Positions 35,594-49,200 of a stretch of DNA of 64,000 bases are shown here, in pieces. Origin of the DNA: Toensbergia leucococca. Lineage: Eukaryota. How positions within the stretch are numbered: position 1 is the first letter of the stretch; each line of letters opens with the position of its first letter. A program made the translations under genes and the position numbers. The DNA lies in the NCBI GenBank assembly GCA_022813965.1, contig JALDZS010000008.1, positions 124,001 through 188,000 on the forward strand. Direction: 5' to 3'. The notes beneath the pieces are model-generated. The model did not search any database, was not told where the DNA came from, and worked only from the letters and a program-made list of their open reading frames with translations.

Positions 35594-35641
35594 GTTGATG
35601 TGTCACTGCGTTGATGTGTCACTGCGTTGATATGTCACTGT
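35594..35641. repeat. 3 x 16-bp tandem repeat GTTGAT(G/A)TGTCACTG(C/T) in the MFS promoter
   Basis: Read directly from the sequence. Confidence 0.85.
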
Positions 35642-36020
35642 TCAGCGGCTTGACCTTGGTATGGATGACCGTGTGACCCAGCCGCGCCTAGCTTTTGGTG
35701 AGCCACGACCATTCAAATGAATACATTTCTCTTGACTTGATTTTTCATTGTACTTTGTGATGGTAAGGAAAGTTCAATGATTTACGTTTAGTAGTCAATA
35801 AACTCCTTTGGGTTCAGGGGGCATGGCAAAAAGCGGAAGGGACTTGCGAATGCTTTTTTGGTCGGTTTGATATAAGCTTCGAATCGTTACATATCGGCGC
35901 TTTATTTCCGAGGTTCCATGTCAAATTGCCTCTGTTGCTTCGTCATGAGAAGAGCAAGAAAGTGATAGATCAGCGAATCTGATTTTCATTCTTTTCTGAA
36001 ATCTGTCAAAGAGAGGTTCA

Positions 36021-38032
36021 TCACCAAGCCCACTCCTCCACCCTTCCTCCAATCCCAACCAATAAACCCAACCCCTCCCTCCTCCGACTCCGACTTGCGT
36101 CCACAAATCGTAGGCAGCGCGCTAAACCCTCCACGTTTCCCGATAACAGTCCTTCTTCTCCGACGTTCTGCTGTCCGCCAATTCGCATCTCCGTGCCGGT
36201 TGCGCCGTCGAACAGTTGGACGCGTTGGTCGTCGGTGGCGGCGGCGAGAATGTTATGGGTCGGGCTGACGTCGAAGCCGAGGCTGGGGGTGGCGTGGGCG
36301 ATGTTGGTGTAGGCGGGGAAGGTGAGGTAGGGGGGTGTGGGAGTAGCGTCTGTGATGGAGGGTCCAGGGGAGAAACGGAGGTCGTAAGTTTGGAGCTAGG
36401 GCCGGGGCGGTGGTTAGGATGTAATTATCTTGGGAGAGTTTTGGTGTTTGTCGGGTTGCTAGAATGAGAGAGGAGTGGGTTTTACCTTGTTCTGCAAGCC
36501 GGCAACAACGACTTTGGCTCCATCCATCTTCCGCACGTGGCATACACCGCTGGGATGTCTTAATCTCTGGCTTTTGCCCTTGTGCCGCGAGTCCCACAGC
36601 CATACGTTGCCGTTGCGGGCACCGCCGAGGACGACATTTTCGTCAAGCCAGTCGACTGTTAGGATGTCGCCGATGCTGTCATAGTCGTGAGTGTTGAACC
36701 CGCTTTGGATGATGTCGCCCAAAAAACGGCCGTTGCTGTTTAACACGGCCATCCCCCAGGAGCTGCCAAGGGCGAAGGCTGGAGAGGCGGAGTGGGGTTT
36801 TGCAGCTGACGCCCAGAAGGTAAGTTGGTTGGAAGAGTAGACTTGAGAGTCGGGAGGATGAGCGCGGAGGATAATAGTGGTGCCTATGGGGGAGTTTAGT
36901 GAGACTGTGGAGTGTGGGAGGGAGGGTAGGGGGTCACCGTCTTCTAGGCTGCCCGGTGAGTTTACTGTATCCGAATTGGCGAGGCCCATGAGCAGGATCG
37001 ACGATGGTTGATTCACGCTGAGGGTAGTGGCGCTGGTTTTTTGTGAGGCTGTGATCGTTGCAAGCGGAAATGGGGGATACTTGGGGGGTGTAAGATCAGG
37101 ACTGAGGATAGAAAATACTCACATCAGCATGCGAGAGGATGCAGTAGTTACGGAAAGGTTGAGCGATGTTATCTACAAGGGAGTTAGACTCGCATATCTA
37201 GTAGGCTTGAAGGAAAAAGTGCAGCTTTAACCTGAGACCCAAGGCAATGTAGCGTTGACCTTGCACCTTTCTTTGGTATGCACCCTCTGTCAACTTCATC
37301 TTGAGAAGGTGGTGGTGAGCTTGTCAAACCTTATTAGTCTCTCATTTCCGTAATTACTGCTGAACAGCCGTGGAGCTGTGAAATAGACCTACTATACAAC
37401 GTCTCCGCAACGTCCAAGGCTACTTTGACCGCTGATGATTCCCCCCGTGGCATCATCTCTCACAAAGGCAGCGATGAGTGCGTCAGGCATGCTCGCGTCA
37501 TCTCCAACTACCTGTTTACTACCCAGGCCTCTTGCCCAGGCCTGGTTGAGAGGATCTTGATTGAGGTAATCGTTTTGCTCGCGGGTCAGGCCAGTAGCTC
37601 CGCCGAGCGGATGCTGAAGAATACGAGAATGCTGGATTCGGGATTGCGAGTGGCGGAGGGCATAGTCGCCGTCCCGCTTTCGTTTCTGTACTTTGCGATT
37701 AGTGGGGGATATAGATTCAGAAGAGATGGTATGCTCGTTCAGGCAGTTCTGCTAAGCAATCAGAGTTCTTTATGGAATCTTTTGTCACCCAACAGAGGAG
37801 AATTGTGTTGTCAAAAACACCCTTTGCCTACATAAAGGCCATGGTTCGAGGTGGAGCTGAGATAATTGGCTCCTGAAAACGAAATGGTCAGAGCTACCTG
37901 TTGGGCCTTTTTCTCCTTCTCTACCCCCTCCTTCGAATATTTGGCTCCTTTTGGGGCTACATTATTGGGGAAAATTTTAAAATATTTTCCTCTTTCCTCG
38001 TCATACCAAAACCCTGGTATATCGGGGGGCAT
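36021..38032 (-). CDS. WD40-repeat protein, DCAF4/WDR21-like, multi-exon
   Basis: N-terminal DIPGFWYDEERGKYFKI; GARNGNVWLWDSR; LRHPSGVCHVR; VVVAGLQNK|LQTYDLRF; ILAAATDDQRVQLFD. Internal exon boundaries uncertain. Confidence 0.75.
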
Positions 38033-39052
38033 TTTAAGCTGTCCAGAGTTGCAGATGAATTTAGATCTGGCGTCTTGGGCAAAATGATATGAGAATTGAA
38101 CAGGTCTGCTCAAGGATGTTGAACTGAGCGGGTTGATGTATCTATTCGAAAAGGTATGTCTGTCAGGTGAGGCAGCATTTTCGCTTGCCTCGCCCACGAC
38201 TGAAGTGTTCAAGCTTTGCAATGCTGAAGAAAACTTAAATTCAAAATGGCGTGTCAATTGACAAAAGTTTCTTGGGCGTCAGGAAGCATCAACAAGATTA
38301 TCAAGCGTTCGGGTCTAAGTACTACTTCTATCGGGGTAGATACTGAGGCAGGAGAGTAAGGTAGGTAGACAGGTTCAATCAAGCATCAGGTTAAGTAGTA
38401 TGAAAAACTTCAATTAAATCGATGAAGAGTGGGAGGCAGTGGAGGCGTCGTCAGAGTTAGCCCTCGGACCGGCGATTAATAAAATACCTGGACTATCTAA
38501 GAATGTGATAGAATACAACTGCCTGTACGGAATCATCTAAGTCAGCAATCCTTTCAATTCCATCGTCTAATCCATCTAGTCATATGTGCTTAGGATGGTG
38601 ATACGCATCTATGGTACATTAAACATTGTTTTTGGGATACTCTGACAAATGCTTCAAGTTTCCAACCTACAGCCATTGCATATTCTATTGGCTATCGTGT
38701 GGCGACATTTATGGCCCCATTACTCCCATAAGAACCATTCGCTCGTCTACTGTGATGTTATGTGTGCATTTCACCCAGCGGAGAAGTATTCCTCGTTCCG
38801 CATACGGTGATTTATATAAAAAACTCATAATTTATCTCCACACCAAATGCTTATCACGACGATCCCGAGCCAAATTTTGCTAACTCCGGCAGGCTCAACG
38901 TCATACTGATCTTGACAATTTTAAGAGGGGCAAATTTATATTTAATCAACTTTAGTATCCGCTTTTCAGTTAAGTTTCAGCTACCTGTATACTCAACTCG
39001 GCCAAGAAAAAAGAAAAAGAAGGAAAATATATCTATCGTCCACTCGACAATC

Positions 39053-40149
39053 ATGCCCCGCGTCTTCCTCATTACTGGAACAAGTACCGGCTTCGGCGAA
39101 AAGCTCGTCCAAGAAGTCCTTGACAGAGGCGACATCGCCGTAGCCACAGCCCGCAAGCCCGACTCCCTCAGCTTTAAGGGAACCAATTCCGAAAATTATC
39201 TAGCTGTGAAACTCGACGTGACCAACAATGCCGACATTGAGGCCGCCTTCAAGTCTACACTGTCAAAATTCGGCCGCGTAGATGTCGTTGTCAATAATGC
39301 TGGCTATGGTCTCTCCGGCCCCTTTGAGGAGCTGGCTGATGACCAGATCAAGACCCAGATGGACGTGAATTTTTTCGGTCTGATTGCTGTTACGAGGAAA
39401 GCAATGGAAGTTATGCGGGAGCAGGTAAATTGAATGATATCAATAGCTCGCTTCGACTGATCGCTCCAGAAACCAAGCGGCGGCCTAATTCAGCAAGTCA
39501 CTAGTATCGGTGGACAAAGAGGGTCAGCTAAGCATCCTAACCCTGAAACGGAAAGGAACTATATTTCTAACCTCTAACCCCTATTCAGCGTCCCTCTATT
39601 CAGCATTTACTGCAGTAGTAAATGGGCAACGGAAGGGTTTACAGAAGCTATCGCTCAAGAAGTAAAACCAGAATGGAACATCAAATTCACCTGCGTAGAA
39701 CCTGGCGGATTCAGGTAACCCTCACCCTCCCCGCAAAAAAACGAATGTCAGCGAGTCAGCTTTTAACCCGGCTCATCAGAACCGACTGGGCCGGCCGCTC
39801 CATGACCTTCACCGAAAGGCGCCACTCAGCCTACGACCACATGAACGCCAAAGAAATCATGGGCAAGCGCAACGGCACCCAAGCCGGGGATCCAGCCAAA
39901 GGTGCAAAAGCAATGTACGAATTGGCGATTCTGCCCGATCCGCCACTGAGAGTAGTGATTGGCACGGACGCTTATGCTGTGAGTATTCCTCTCTTGTCTC
40001 TAGACTACGTTGGTGGTGGCTATTGGAAGGGTTCGCTGATTGTAATTTTGGGGGAATAGGCGATTATGAAGAAAATCCAGGAATATGGGGAGAATTATAA
40101 AAAGTACGAGGAGATTTCCAACAGTACTGACGTGGAGGAAAAGAAATGA
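39053..40149 (+). CDS. Short-chain dehydrogenase/reductase, multi-exon
   Basis: VFLITGTSTGFG, VVVNNAGYG, MDVNFFG, YCSSKW (YxxxK), VEPGGF|RTDWAG, QAGDPAKGA. Confidence 0.92.
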
Positions 40150-41282
40150 AGCCTAGGAATACCTTTGTTCTTTGAGGTGTTGAGCTGTTTTGGTTTTCTC
40201 TTTTCGTCCCTTTTGACGGGATAATAATCCAAATTCCTCGTATCATCAATCTGTATACCCCTGGTGACAGGCTTCATTGAACACCTGACACATCCAATCT
40301 CACAAAAGTCCGATATATCAGCAACCCATCCTCATCTACTCATGCATATCACAGAAAGAATTATCCCTCCCTCCCCTCATTACCCCCACCCCCCCAACCC
40401 CCCCCGCCCCGGGGGTTCCTTCAACCCCACCCCGAAGAAATCCGGGCAGAAGCAAGAAGACGGAGATATATCCCACTCCAAAACCAGGGCTTCAAACCTA
40501 CAAGATCTCAACCCCTTATATTCTACAGAGCAGGATACTAGGCTAGGAAGTTCTCTCTTGAGGGCGCTACTAGAGCTTTTACCATATTGTAAATCTTTTT
40601 CCTCCATGGGGGAAGAAAGGGTGAGGGAGAGAGTGATGGGTGATGAGAAAGGGAGGAAGGAAGTGAGGTGGAGAATATCTTCAAGTAGAGGAGGGGCTTA
40701 AGGGTCCAGAGAGAGGGGGTTGGTTTGCGCTATGACGGAGGGCTGGGATGATATTTTCAGGGGTGGAAATGGTGGTAGGAGCAGTGGGGGATCAGAGTTT
40801 GAGTATAGAGAAGTAAGGATAGAGGAAAGGAGCAAAGAGGGGATGATGAGGGCGCCTGGGCAGGGAGAAAGTAGAGGCAGGAAAAGGGGTTCCTCCAAAA
40901 GAAGAGCGTACATGAAAAGGGGGTGTATATTCCTTGCTGAACCGGAATGGATGGATCTCTGGCTGAGGATGTTTGGTATCAGAGACGGGGGGTATCAAGT
41001 AGCCTAGCTAAGACAGGCCAAGGGGGATCTGAAAGGTCCCCAGTTCATATAGATTATGTACACTTATTTACAATTTTTTAAGCGGTATATGTAGAGTCCG
41101 GAGTGCGAAGGTCCTAGGCCTCGAAGTCCGGATTTTTCGGATTGGGAGTACAGGTGAGGTGCGGCCAGCGAGATGCGAATGTACCATGACCATGCGCCAT
41201 AGACCGTCCTGCATGGCGGCCTCCGATCGCTGGGACACAGTGGTCTAAAGTCATCACGATCATCATCACCTCCTCCCCCACC

Positions 41283-44200
41283 TCACGCCGGAAACTCATC
41301 CTCCAATCGCAACCTCGCCATAACGTTCATACTCCCCAACTCCTGAATCAGCAACTTCGCCGCATACGGAATCGTCATCTTCGCCACCCCCTTGGTGCTC
41401 CCACACGTCCCGCAATACCCTTGATACCCCATCAAACCGCACGTCTCGCACACATCCACCTCATGCGCATCACTACTCAGCATCAAGCGCTCCAATAGCA
41501 GCTGAGACGCTCCGTACGCAATCAAGCAATCGCGTTCCATTTCACCGAGACGCAGGCCGCCATCGCGGGAACGGCCTTCGGTCGGTTGGCGGGTGAGGGT
41601 TGCGCGTGGACCACGGGCACGCGAGTGCATTTTATCTTGGACCATGTGCTTGAGTTTCTGGTAGTAGATGGGGCCGAAGAAGACGTAGGCGGGGAGGCTC
41701 TCGCCCGTGATACCGCTGGTGACGAAGTCTTTGCCCGAGTAGCTGTAGCCGTGGCGGATGAGGATGTCGGCCATGTCCTCGACTTTGCTGCCGCCGAACG
41801 CGGTGCCGTATTGCAAATCGCCCGACATGACGCCCGCTTTACCGGAGACGAGCTCGAGCATTTTGCCGACCGTCATACGGGAGGGAAACCCGTGCGGGTT
41901 CATGATGATGTCCGGGACGATGCCCGTGTCGGAGAAGGGCATGTCTGCTTGCTCGGCGATTATGCCGACGACGCCTTTTTGGCCGTGGCGTGAGGAGAAC
42001 TTATCGCCTACTTCTGGGCGGCGGGTTTGGCGCATTTGGACTTTGATGAGGCGGTTTTCGGATTCGGTGACGGAGAGGAGGACTTTGTCGATGTAGGAGG
42101 GGTCGGGGAGGCGGTAGGTCATGGGCGTGTCTTTGAATTCATTGCTGCCGTAGTCGGATCCGAGGCCTGTGCTTGCCGTATTGAGGGGGACTTGCTTGTT
42201 GATGTAGACTTCGCCGGCGCTGACTTTTTCGCCGACTTGAGCGAGGCCGTGCTCATCGAGAAGAGCGTGCTTACGGATAGGAGCGCCGTTTTCTTCTTGG
42301 CGGTCGCCGACGCGTTCTTCGGTTCCATTTGGGTATTTTCGGAGGAAGGTGGCGTATTTGCGGAAGACTTGGCAGCGGCCAAAGCCTCGATCACAGGAAG
42401 CTTTGTTGAGGACTAGAGCGTCTTCTATGTCATAACCAGAATAACTCATCACTGCTACTATAGCGTTCTGCCCGGCGGGGAGTTTGTCATACTTGATCAA
42501 CTCTATTGCCCGAGTCTTCACCATGGGTTTTTGAGGGTAGACCATAAGATAGAGTAAGGTATCGATACGCAAAAACTGATTATGTGCAATGGCACCAATG
42601 GCTTGCTTCCCCATGGCACACTGGTAGGTATTTCGGGGTGATTGGTTGTGGTGGGGATAAGGTATCAGGCCTGCGACAGCCCCTAATATAGTAAAAGGTT
42701 CGATTTCTAGATGAGTTGTAGTTTCATTCATGTCGGTTTCGTAAATTGCAATCATCGAGTCATTTTCCTCGTTAACGTCGAGGTATTCGACAAGCCCGCG
42801 ACTCAAAAATCCATCAAAATCCATCGTACCTTTACGTAGCATTTTCAGATATCTGGAGGTGACTTTCGATCTTGATTTCTCGACGATTATTAACGGGCGA
42901 CAGATGCGGCCTTCATCTGTGGCAATCTGGACAGCATTGTGGTGATGATTGACGAAGATACTGACAAATTCTGATATTCGGCCCATCCGACGCAATCTGC
43001 GAAATCCTCTCAGGAATTGCGTTGATTGTCGAGTAAGAGCTATTGGAGTACCGTTGACGAAGATGACATATGCACCATCCCCGTACATGTCTTTGCCATT
43101 TACAGCAGCCAGGTCTTGTGCCCCAAGCACGAACACCAGCCTCCGCACCGGTTCCTCTTCATCGTCGGTCGTAATATGCGTCATTAGTGCTAGATTCTTC
43201 ACCAGACCACAAGCTTCTCCTTCAGGTGTATCCGATGGACACAGCATGCCAAACTGAGATGGCTGTAATGCTCTCGGACCGCTCACTTTCCGAGTCTTCT
43301 CGAATTGACTGGTGATTCGAGTCATCATACCCAAAGCACTGATGTAACTTAGACGGCTCAGCACATGTGTTACGCCAGCTCTGTCCATCCTGAATCGCTT
43401 CAAGTTCCAATTCCCGGTAGAAATGGCTCGATTCATGCCCTGTGTGATATGATTGCCGTGCACTTGCATGACTGTGAAAGCGTCAAATTCTTCCGTCCGC
43501 ACAGGTTTCTTCAACACCTTGTCGATGTTAAGCTTGATATCATGATTGAACTTTTTGAACAAGTCTTCAAAGAGCAATGATAAAAGTTGACCCGCCAATT
43601 CCAATCGCTTGTTTCCAACATAGTCTCGATCGTCCACCAAGCTACTGTCATGACTTGCCATCAAAACCCTTCGAACCATGAAAGCTACGTATAATGTCTT
43701 TGGCCGGAGGTCAAGGCCGTGGACTGGAACGTGTGTGATTATGACCGATGCCAGAGCCTCCATCGCTTCCTGTAAATAGTTTCTCCGGGGCATTCCAAAG
43801 TTCGGCTTCCGTGTAATTTTGATGCAAGATCCGAGATGTTCCAGAGCTTGTTGTTGAGTGTACACGCCCAACTTGGCGCACTCCTCAAAATTGACAGAAA
43901 ATTGGTCTTGATAAGTTGCGTCTCGCCCAGCGACGAGCAAAAGTATTTCGTGGTCTGAATAAGTACCCATGGCCTTGAAAATGAGAACGATTGGAATATC
44001 TTCGTTCAGTACATTATGTTTTAGATAGATAAGACCTTTCTTCAGGAGGACGTAGGTCTTTGACTTCCGCTCGTGAGTTGAGCTGTGTGCACTTAACACT
44101 TTACGTATCTACAGCTAGAAAGGGATCATGCGTACCTAGTTACTGATGCTTGGACAATATCCTTTTTGGGCTCTGCTTCGACTATCACTCTGTTTTTACT

Positions 44201-45110
44201 TAATTGTTCTTGGACCAGGATAACCTTTTCAGTTCCGTTAACAATGAAATAACCACCGGGGTCTAAAGGGCACTCGTGGAGAAGTGCCATGTCCTTATCA
44301 TTTTTATTTGAAAGCACACACTTGGAGCTTCGAAGCATGATGGGAAGCCGGCCAATAACAATGCCAGATCTTCTGATCACACTTCCTCCACGGGTATACT
44401 TGATGTTGACAAGTATTGGGGCAGCATAAGTCATGTCTCGCAATCGACACTCATTCGGAGTGACTGTAGATGTCCAATCGGAGCGTGAGTGGTTGAAGTG
44501 CTCCTCATCTAAACGAGTTGGTTTTCCAACATATATATCAGTGTATTTGATGTAGAATTTCGGCTCCACATCACTGAGAACAGTCTGGTTTGCTTGGACA
44601 ATCTTCTTAAGTTCTACTTCCACGAAGAAATTGAATGAGTCAGTATGTTGCTTAACAAGACCTTTAACTTTGAGGAAAGCCGGAAGAAGGTTCCATTTGT
44701 CCTGCGGGCTTTCAGTACACAGACACAGGGATAGAACATAACATAATGTACTTTTGCAGTATCGATAGGATCCGTCAACGATTTGCCTTGGTAAAACGGC
44801 TCAAGGAGAGCGTCGAAACCCTACGAGGATTAACATACTGTACCAATCATCCGAAAGTTTCAGAATACACACGTCCGTTTGGGCAGGCTTTTTTGCCACA
44901 GGCCGTTGCTTTGATGGGACTGCTTCCACCTCATCTTGCTGTATTACGGCTTTCTGCTTCTCCGATGGTCTTGGCTTCTTCTTGGGCGGCTTTCTTGGTA
45001 GCTAGGATGAATCAGCTTTTACCAGAAGATGACGATCTTTCTGTCTCTTCAAGACGTACCTCGCCAGGTGCAACCTCTATAGGTTCTGGGGGCCTCTTTT
45101 TGGTTGGCAT
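41283..45110 (-). CDS. RPC2: RNA polymerase III second-largest subunit (C128)
   Basis: [68 protein letters not shown]. The 5' exons and start at 45110 are tentative. Confidence 0.95.
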
Positions 45111-46275
45111 CCTGTCAGATGGAGGATTATTAGGCGCAAAAAGAAAAGATTGATAGGCTCGATAGGCTCAGGCACCAAACACGAAGCTAGTGGGACTTGG
45201 ACCCTGAAAGCCGTTTGTGTGGGGTTGGTCGGCTTAGGGTTTCGGGGGGTGGAGGTTTGCCTTGTCAATCACATGCTGTGTAATCATTCTTATTCCATCA
45301 ACTGAATCGCATCTCCTACGACTATCTGTGTATGTACTACTCCAGTTCAGGCAGACTTGTGGACTCAATGTTGGGGAATCATGATACGCACTTACACAAA
45401 GAGAATTATCGAGCATTTCCGGAGACTCTCTACTTCTAGTTCTACAGATCGCGAAACAAGCCTCGAAAAGCTCGAATGCTGAGATCGTGGTATGCTTGTA
45501 GCCTTGAAATGACGGCAATCGAGCCAGTCATTAGTGGCTAGGGTAGAACAGATCACGGAGGCGCTTCCAACAGATGCTCTATCCTAACTAATTGTATTGA
45601 ACTCCAAGCGCAATACATGTGCTCACAGTAGGACTAGAATACGCCATATGAACGCTGGCTGATTATTGAATGGCAGTTGAAGAGCTCTTCCCAATATCTA
45701 TGATATTCCTTCGTTCCCTTTGCACTGACTAATGATCGATGTGACCGTCTTAGGGCAAAAGTTGTCCGGCAAAGTCAAATTCAGCCATGCCCATTGCCCA
45801 TTGACCAAAGCCCGTAGGCCCTAGGTAGCGAGTACTCCGTGATTCATCTGTAATTCTAAGGCCCGCCCAACCCACTCTCACTCCTTACTTTACATGATTG
45901 ATGCCACTTCTCTTCCTTGCTCGCCGTCAACGATGCTGATCTCTTCGTTGTGTACTTGTACTATGTCTGCATTCGACTGAGCAGCATCCTGCAACTGTCC
46001 GCCAACACGCAACACTGCAGGCCAGGAGTTCGTGCATACCGCATTTTTCAACAGGAAGAGCCATTGTTTGATCATTAGCATCCCTCGAAGCTCACAGCAT
46101 AGAATCATCCACCGTGAGTCTGTGAATCATTCATTCACCTCTTTCATCCAACCTATTCAACAGCCTGCGTTTCCTCCCAGACTGGCTTCTTCTTTACTCA
46201 CCGCCAAACCCCGCCCCAAAGTCAACATCCAATTGTACGACAGCGCTAACGACCTCGACATGATTACAGGGCATC

Positions 46276-49200
46276 ATGGCGTTTAACAACTCACTTAGTA
46301 CTCGTCTCGAAGATCTACGCTCGAGGAATCCTCAATCACCTCCAAGTGAACCTGTCTACACCGGCTACAGCACCCCATCTCGCTACAGTGGGAGCTTCAT
46401 GCCTACTCACTCGCAACCTTTGAACGACGCAAGAGCGAGTCTTCAACGCCGCTTCACTACTGATTCTAGCAAAATGCCAATTATCACACCAATTGGCCAG
46501 CAGCCAAGTCAGCTGGTAGAGCCGCTGGACATGTCATCTACTGTGAGTGAACCAAGTCTTTAATGATATTTCACTCTATACTCTGATACGTTTGAGCTTT
46601 ACTTTCACTGTCCCTTCATACTTCCTCATCTGCATTAGTATACTGACATCTCATTCACATAGACTCTTCACAAGGTCCAGCTGGTAAATTATCCACCTTC
46701 ACAATCCTATCAGATATCCACATTATTTTCCCTTATTTCTTAGGAAAGCTGTTAATGTAATATAGCTCGAGAAGAAGCGTATGGAATACGAAATGCTACG
46801 AGAGCAGCGAAGACGGTTCGAAGCCGAGTTGGAAATTTTCAATCTTCAACAAGCTCGCGAGAAACAAGAGCTAGATCTGATGGCACAAGATTTGAGCCTG
46901 GTCAATCTTGCCGTTGGGTACCAGAGTGAGCCAACTACGCCACCAGAATACAGAGAACCCGCCTTTCCCTCGCTGTTTCCTCGCCCGAATCGATTCTCTT
47001 CGTCAAGTATGGCTTCACCTCCTGGCTTGAACAATCGCTCCAGTCGCTCCGGATCTCAACTCACATCTCCACCATTTGAAACGAGTCAGCAATCTTACAA
47101 TCAATTGAATTCGGACAAGCTACCTTCCAAGTCGGTACCAGGGTCTAGGCGTGGGTCCAATGATAAGGCTCCGACTTATATACCTGAGAACAATACCAAG
47201 AACCAACGTTCTGCTGCATCGTACGTCCTATTCATCTTCTATGACTATACCATCTAGCACTGCCAGGATAGAAGTGTTTCCGGTTCCTGATACTGCGATC
47301 CCACAATATCCCCAATTCATGTCCGTCTCCTGTGTGGTATGCTGTAACCGACCCTTCAAAATGTAGCGTGTACGGAGGGAGTCATGCCGACTTCCTTTTC
47401 ACTCGAGTGTTGGCGCTAGCACGGATGATATCGAGGACCCTGGAACATGACTTTCCTTACACTCTGTGCATCTTTCTTTACTTGTCATCATGTGTACACT
47501 CTTCTTCTACCTTTGGTTCCCGCAGAGCACACTTTTCCGGCAATCTAAATTCTCACAACGGACACGATAAGCCTTCAAAGTTGGTACTAACGCACATATA
47601 GCACAAATCGATACTCTATGCCAGTCACTGGATCGCGGATCCGAAGTCACGAAATAGTTCCCGAATATTCCTCAGTGATGGGGTTGGGACATATCAACAC
47701 GACGGGTTTCTTGTTTGGGGACGACGACGACAAGTCAAATGCGAAGAAGGACTCCGCTACTTCTCCAGACGTGAAGAGCTACCTTCAGATGAATGCCACT
47801 GATGATAAGTTTCCAATCCTTGTTCGCAGGGACGAGTACCCAGGACTGGTAAACCCCTCTTTGTGCTTGCAGAAACCCACTCTCGCTAACAATTTTTTGC
47901 AGCTCTCTGCATCCTCGGCTGCTCTAGATTTGGCTCTTTCCCAATCTCCCGGTCCAGACGCACAGTCGAACGGATGGACACCGTTTGCCCACCACCATAC
48001 TTCTCAACATAGTCTTCCACAGAACATCTTTCATGCGCAGCCCAATTGTCAGCTTGACAATAGTACTTCTAATGGTGTCTCTCAGCAATCTGTTGAAGCT
48101 GCAACCGAGTTGCCTGTTAGCACCCGCAAACTCAACCGACTATCGATGGAGACAGCCTTGAGTAGCTTTAAGTCAGCGCATCTAGCGAGCCAGGGTCTGT
48201 CCAACGGTAAATCGGTGACCAGGCCTAACCTAGCGAATTTGCAGTCTTCTTATTCGACAAGCGATCTTCCGACTATGAAGAACATCAATGGATCTGAATC
48301 GGCAATCAGTCCTCTGAAAACCCATGCGCAACAGCATTTTCACAACCATAACGCAAGCCTAGGCCGCATCCCGCCGCACGCCGTTAGCAATAGACATAGC
48401 CGCGAGCTGTCCGGAGGAGAAACTCGACGTGAGGAGGCCAGTAATGGCTACCATCACTCCAATTCTGGTCTTCAAGCTAGTGCTGCGCCTTTCGGCCCGT
48501 CTATTTCTACCACCTCGACTGCTGAAGCCGTGTCCAGTTCAATGTCACCAATCAATACGCAGCAGTATCCAAGTCCAGCTTATTATGGAGGCTATGGAAT
48601 GCAATTAATGAACATGGGAATGACACCAATGCATTTAAGTAACCCCATGCTATTTAACAACCAGATGCATGCCTACCAGGCGCAACATGCTTATTCACCA
48701 TATCAAAACTACGGGCAGACAAACCGCTTTCCGGACAGTCAAGCGAGAGTTATTCAGCAGAGACGCTTGCAGAACGGTGAAGGTCTGTATATCCTCGAAG
48801 ATACTGTTTCGCATATACTGAGATTCTATTTAGAGAACGCACGCTTTACCAACGTTAAGTTGGAGCATTTGCAAGGGGAAATCTATGGGTTGTGCAAAGA
48901 TCAGCACGGTTGCCGCTATTTGCAGAAGAAGTTAGAGGAGAGGAATCCGGAACATGTCCACCTCATCTTCCTCGAAACTAATCAGCACGTGGTAGAGCTT
49001 ATGACAGGTACTATCTGTCCTAGCTGAATCTGAAATATCGACTAAACGTTATAGACCCTTTTGGCAATTATCTGTGTCAGAAATTGCTCGAGTTCTCCAA
49101 CGATGAACAGCGAACCGTCTTGATCAACAACGCTGCGCCACAGATGGTGAAGATTGCACTTAATCAGCATGGGACTCGGGCATTGCAAAAGATGATAGAA

